The notes beneath the pieces were generated by a model. That model was not told where the DNA came from and did no database searches. It saw nothing but the letters and a program-made list of their open reading frames with translations. The position numbers were made by a program, and so were the translations under genes. From Euryarchaeota archaeon UBA501 (GTDB lineage: Archaea; Thermoplasmatota; Poseidoniia; Poseidoniales; Thalassarchaeaceae), in assembly GCA_002505685.1 (NCBI GenBank), contig DAVT01000069.1:1-38664 (forward strand): DNA of 38,664 nt, in the 5' to 3' direction. Shown here piece after piece: positions 36,275-38,664 of the stretch (position 1 is its first letter; every line of letters starts with the position of its first letter).

Positions 36275-36967
36275 TTAGGCCTGAAATCGCTCCATCCATG
36301 CTGGCAACGGCTTTGGTTCAATTTCAATCGTTGCCTCAGATTCGGTTTCAATTGACAAAGCATCTTCTACCAATCTCGACAACCCGGCCGAGTCTGAATT
36401 TCTACACACTACCCCTAGAAATTGGTGCAAAGGCAAACCTTGGTCCCAGTCTAGATGTGGTTTTCCTGTACGTGTAAGTGGAAGTTTAGGGATTCGTTTT
36501 GCCAAAGTGGCCAAACGCCCGGTAAGCGTTGAGGTTTCGACCCGGAAGATTCGCCATGAATCGCCTCGGACGCCTTTGAGGCGATGAGCATAGAGCGGCA
36601 TCAATCCACATTTCTCTCCGATTTCTTGCATCGCTTGCAACTGCTCTTCTTTCTGTCCCGAGAAGTACACTTTCTTATCAGCTCGAGTTTTTACTTCAAT
36701 AGGGAAACAGAGATCTCCCCTAAGGGCCAACAAATCTCCGCTCCCATCCATGCCCGAACCTGCAGCTCTCACTACCAAAAAGGGGCGCTGAACAACTTGC
36801 ATCGCACGTGCTCGTTCTAACTCTGTGCAAGAGCGAGTAACGGCTCGAACCCCATCAGGAGAACCGGCCAAAACGGCTCGTAATTCACGCTCGTAAGACG
36901 AGGCCATCAGGCAATCCGGAACATCCGCGGTTATTACGGTGTTCGCTGAAACCCCGCGAATCCGCAT
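36275..36967 (-). CDS. hjc: Holliday junction resolvase Hjc family (PD-(D/E)xK) with internal insertion and roughly 85-aa C-terminal extension
   Basis: SSYERELRAVL (catalytic Glu), VVRAAGSG...GDLLAL (Asp), IEVKT (E-x-K) and WRIF. A roughly 25-aa insertion sits between the first helix and the first strand. An alternative start is the ATG at 36907 (MASSYEREL). Confidence 0.7.
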   Translation of the reverse strand: MRIRGVSANTVITADVPDCLMASSYERELRAVLAGSPDGVRAVTRSCTELERARAMQVVQRPFLVVRAAGSGMDGSGDLLALRGDLCFPIEVKTRADKKVYFSGQKEEQLQAMQEIGEKCGLMPLYAHRLKGVRGDSWRIFRVETSTLTGRLATLAKRIPKLPLTRTGKPHLDWDQGLPLHQFLGVVCRNSDSAGLSRLVEDALSIETESEATIEIEPKPLPAWMERFQA

Positions 36968-37036
36968 TGTTTGTTTTCAAAATAGTTGAATTCGGTCCCG
37001 CGAGATGCGAAGGTTTGACTATCTACAGAGGTACCC

Positions 37037-37798
37037 ATGAGCGTGGGAAAGGTCATTGTCCGCACTTCGGATTTCCGACTGGCCTATCGGTTGCTAGCCG
37101 GATTGAAGGCTAGACACGTTCGTTGTGCACATCTTGAGAAGGATGCTCCTTTGCCCCCCTCCGCCTTGGTTTGGCTGGCTACACCAGAGGAAGTTGAGGC
37201 TGCAGCAGACCCGCTAGGAATCGGCGCCACATTGGAATCAGTAGAATCTGCCATTGACCGTGCCCTGCGCTTTGTCGCGAAAGGAGGAATCATCAAGCAA
37301 TTGACATTTGGAATAGACCCAGGTCCTCGCCCCGGTCTAGCATGGGTAGGGGATGGTCGAATTCTGGGAACGGCTCAGTTCGAATCTGTGGATGCGACCA
37401 TCGATCGAATTTGTTCGTTGTCCAATGATATTGGACACACTTCCTTGACGGTGCGAATTGGAGATGGCTCCCGTACAATTTCCAATCGCTTGGCCAATGT
37501 TTGCCTCGCTCGAGGTTTGCGTGTGGAGCGTGTCGATGAGAGACGAACATCGCGTGGATTACAACGCAACCAACACCATGCATCAGCCGCTAGAATTGCG
37601 CAAATGAATGGGGAGGTTATCACTCACAAGCAACCCGTTGTTCCTACTTCAGGTGAAGTCAGAGAGGTGCAAAGATTGAGTCGAAGAATGTCGAATGGTC
37701 GAGTAACCATTTCACAAAGATTGGCCCAAGCGGTTGCAGTGGGCCGTCTTTCCATGGAAGAGGCGATTGGTCGGCAACTTCAGCGAGTGAGTTACTAG
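37037..37798 (+). CDS. Hypothetical RNase H-fold protein with RuvX/YqgF-RuvC-like signature
   Basis: FGIDPGPRPGLAWVGDG (G-I-D-x-G first strand), VERVDERRTS (v-D-E-r-x-T-S as in RuvX) and HHASAARIA (terminal d-x-A-A-x-I). An extra roughly 85-aa N-terminal domain is present. AGAGGT precedes the ATG. Confidence 0.5.
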   Translation: MSVGKVIVRTSDFRLAYRLLAGLKARHVRCAHLEKDAPLPPSALVWLATPEEVEAAADPLGIGATLESVESAIDRALRFVAKGGIIKQLTFGIDPGPRPGLAWVGDGRILGTAQFESVDATIDRICSLSNDIGHTSLTVRIGDGSRTISNRLANVCLARGLRVERVDERRTSRGLQRNQHHASAARIAQMNGEVITHKQPVVPTSGEVREVQRLSRRMSNGRVTISQRLAQAVAVGRLSMEEAIGRQLQRVSY

Positions 37799-37810
37799 GG
37801 CCTTAAGGCC
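37799..37810 (+). terminator. Palindrome GGCCTTAAGGCC immediately after the stop codon
   Basis: A perfect 12-nt palindrome begins at the base after the TAG at 37796-37798. It has the same C-TA-G centred architecture as the other spacer hairpins. Confidence 0.3.
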
Positions 37811-37845
37811 GCACCATTCAAATTGGAGGAAGTTGAGGATGACTC

Positions 37846-38442
37846 ATGGCAAACATGCATGAAGCTGGCAGAAAGGTTGTCGAAGAGTTGCGCGGGTATA
37901 TTGAAAATCATGAAGAACGAGTGGTTGTAAATCCTGCAACAGAGCATGGTCCTGATGTCATTCTTGATGGGGAAATCGAAATCGAGGTAAAAAAGTCTAC
38001 AACCTCCGTTAGTCAAGTAAGACCATGGGAATATGAGGTTCTTGTGATACATCACACCCATACAGACGACCAAGTTCGATGGTATGTTATCCCCCCTCAT
38101 ATCGTGATGATGCGAGCAGTTAACGGCGCCTCTAAACAACATGGCCACCTCCCCCTAGAATGTTGTAACCTAGGCAAACCATCTCCAGAAAACGCATTTT
38201 TTCATGAATACGAAGTGGAACCCAAAGATATTGAAAAGGCAATAATATTGGCTCATGCTCAAGGAGAGAAGGAAGATAAATTTCGAAAATTCTCTAAGGA
38301 ATTGAAAAAGCGCTATGAGGATTCTTCGGAATTTGAAAAACAACGCCTTGAAGACAAAAATAGAATAGAGGATTGTATGAGCAGTTCTGGATTTGAATTC
38401 GCTAAAGGGAAGCGCGGTGTTGTTTATCCTAAACATCAGTGA
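37846..38442 (+). CDS. Hypothetical PD-(D/E)xK nuclease-fold protein (VRR-NUC-like pattern) with Lys/Glu-rich C-terminal tail
   Basis: The acidic helix VVEELRGYIE is followed by GPDVIL and EIEIEVKK...SVSQVRPW (PD ... E-x-K ... S-x-x-Q). GGAGG/GAGGA lie upstream of the ATG. The gene is visibly AT-richer than its neighbours. Confidence 0.45.
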   Translation: MANMHEAGRKVVEELRGYIENHEERVVVNPATEHGPDVILDGEIEIEVKKSTTSVSQVRPWEYEVLVIHHTHTDDQVRWYVIPPHIVMMRAVNGASKQHGHLPLECCNLGKPSPENAFFHEYEVEPKDIEKAIILAHAQGEKEDKFRKFSKELKKRYEDSSEFEKQRLEDKNRIEDCMSSSGFEFAKGKRGVVYPKHQ

Positions 38443-38488
38443 TAATCAAGAAACATAGACTCTAATTTCAAAGTAGGATTACTATTGC

Positions 38489-38664
38489 TTAGACTCGCCG
38501 TCGCAATTTTTCCATCAGCGCATCCGCTTCACCCAGTGCACTGAGTGTATCTTCCAACCGTCCTTCTGAGAAGGCTGCATCGGCATCTCCTACCGCTTTT
38601 TCACAAGCACCGCGCTCTCCATCGATGGCCTTGATACCCGCAGCCTCCAACTTTTTGCGCAGGC
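38489..38664 (-). CDS. 3' end of an unidentified CDS running off the window
   Basis: Hand translation of the minus strand gives ...LRKKLEAAGIKAIDGERGACEKAVGDADAAFSEGRLEDTLSALGEADALMEKLRRRV-TAA, with the stop at 38489-38491. It is open to the window edge and too short for the ORF track. Confidence 0.4.
   Translation of the reverse strand, partial: LRKKLEAAGIKAIDGERGACEKAVGDADAAFSEGRLEDTLSALGEADALMEKLRRRV

Noticed and set aside
1-38664. I searched by eye for tRNA, rRNA, CRISPR repeats, long direct or terminal inverted repeats, and transposase or integrase genes.
   Set aside because: No T-loop GTTCRANNC in a plausible cloverleaf context was found. No spaced repeats of 24-40 nt and no recombinase-like ORF were found. 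The spacers are too short to hold such elements, except 36060-36274, which showed no tRNA features.

Overview
The window is a very compact, almost fully coding chromosomal segment with about 29 protein genes. I found no rRNA, tRNA, CRISPR array, transposase or integrase. The gene content looks archaeal: deoxyhypusine synthase, Hjc resolvase, Sec11-type signal peptidase, a long FKBP, a UPF0200 kinase, a geranylgeranyl reductase and GGAGGTG-like Shine-Dalgarno sites. Bacterial-type genes are mixed in (uvrB, yaaA, a methylcrotonyl-CoA carboxylase cluster). I infer a marine heterotrophic euryarchaeote of the Thermoplasmatota or Marine Group II type, but this is not proven. From left to right the modules are: aminotransferase; an overlapping minus-strand string ubiD-ubiA-uvrB-dys; a divergent geranylgeranyl reductase plus CcmF-like heme lyase; FKBP; a leucine-catabolic acyl-CoA carboxylase operon; yaaA-serS; a presenilin-family protease with a large inserted ectodomain; folC; dCMP deaminase; a kinase; Lhr helicase; a 1.7-kaa surface protein; Sec11-type signal peptidase; a site-2 protease; and a terminal trio of nuclease-like genes. 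Four things look most worth follow-up. (1) Short GC-rich triloop hairpins occupy many of the non-trivial spacers, and two of them form three-segment alternative pairings around ribosome-binding sites. (2) The presenilin homologue carries a built-in ectodomain. (3) The Hjc / RuvX-like / VRR-NUC-like nuclease cluster includes one AT-rich, probably acquired member. (4) Oligo-glutamate C-termini recur on membrane-anchored proteins. All functional calls come from motif recognition by eye; no searches were run.
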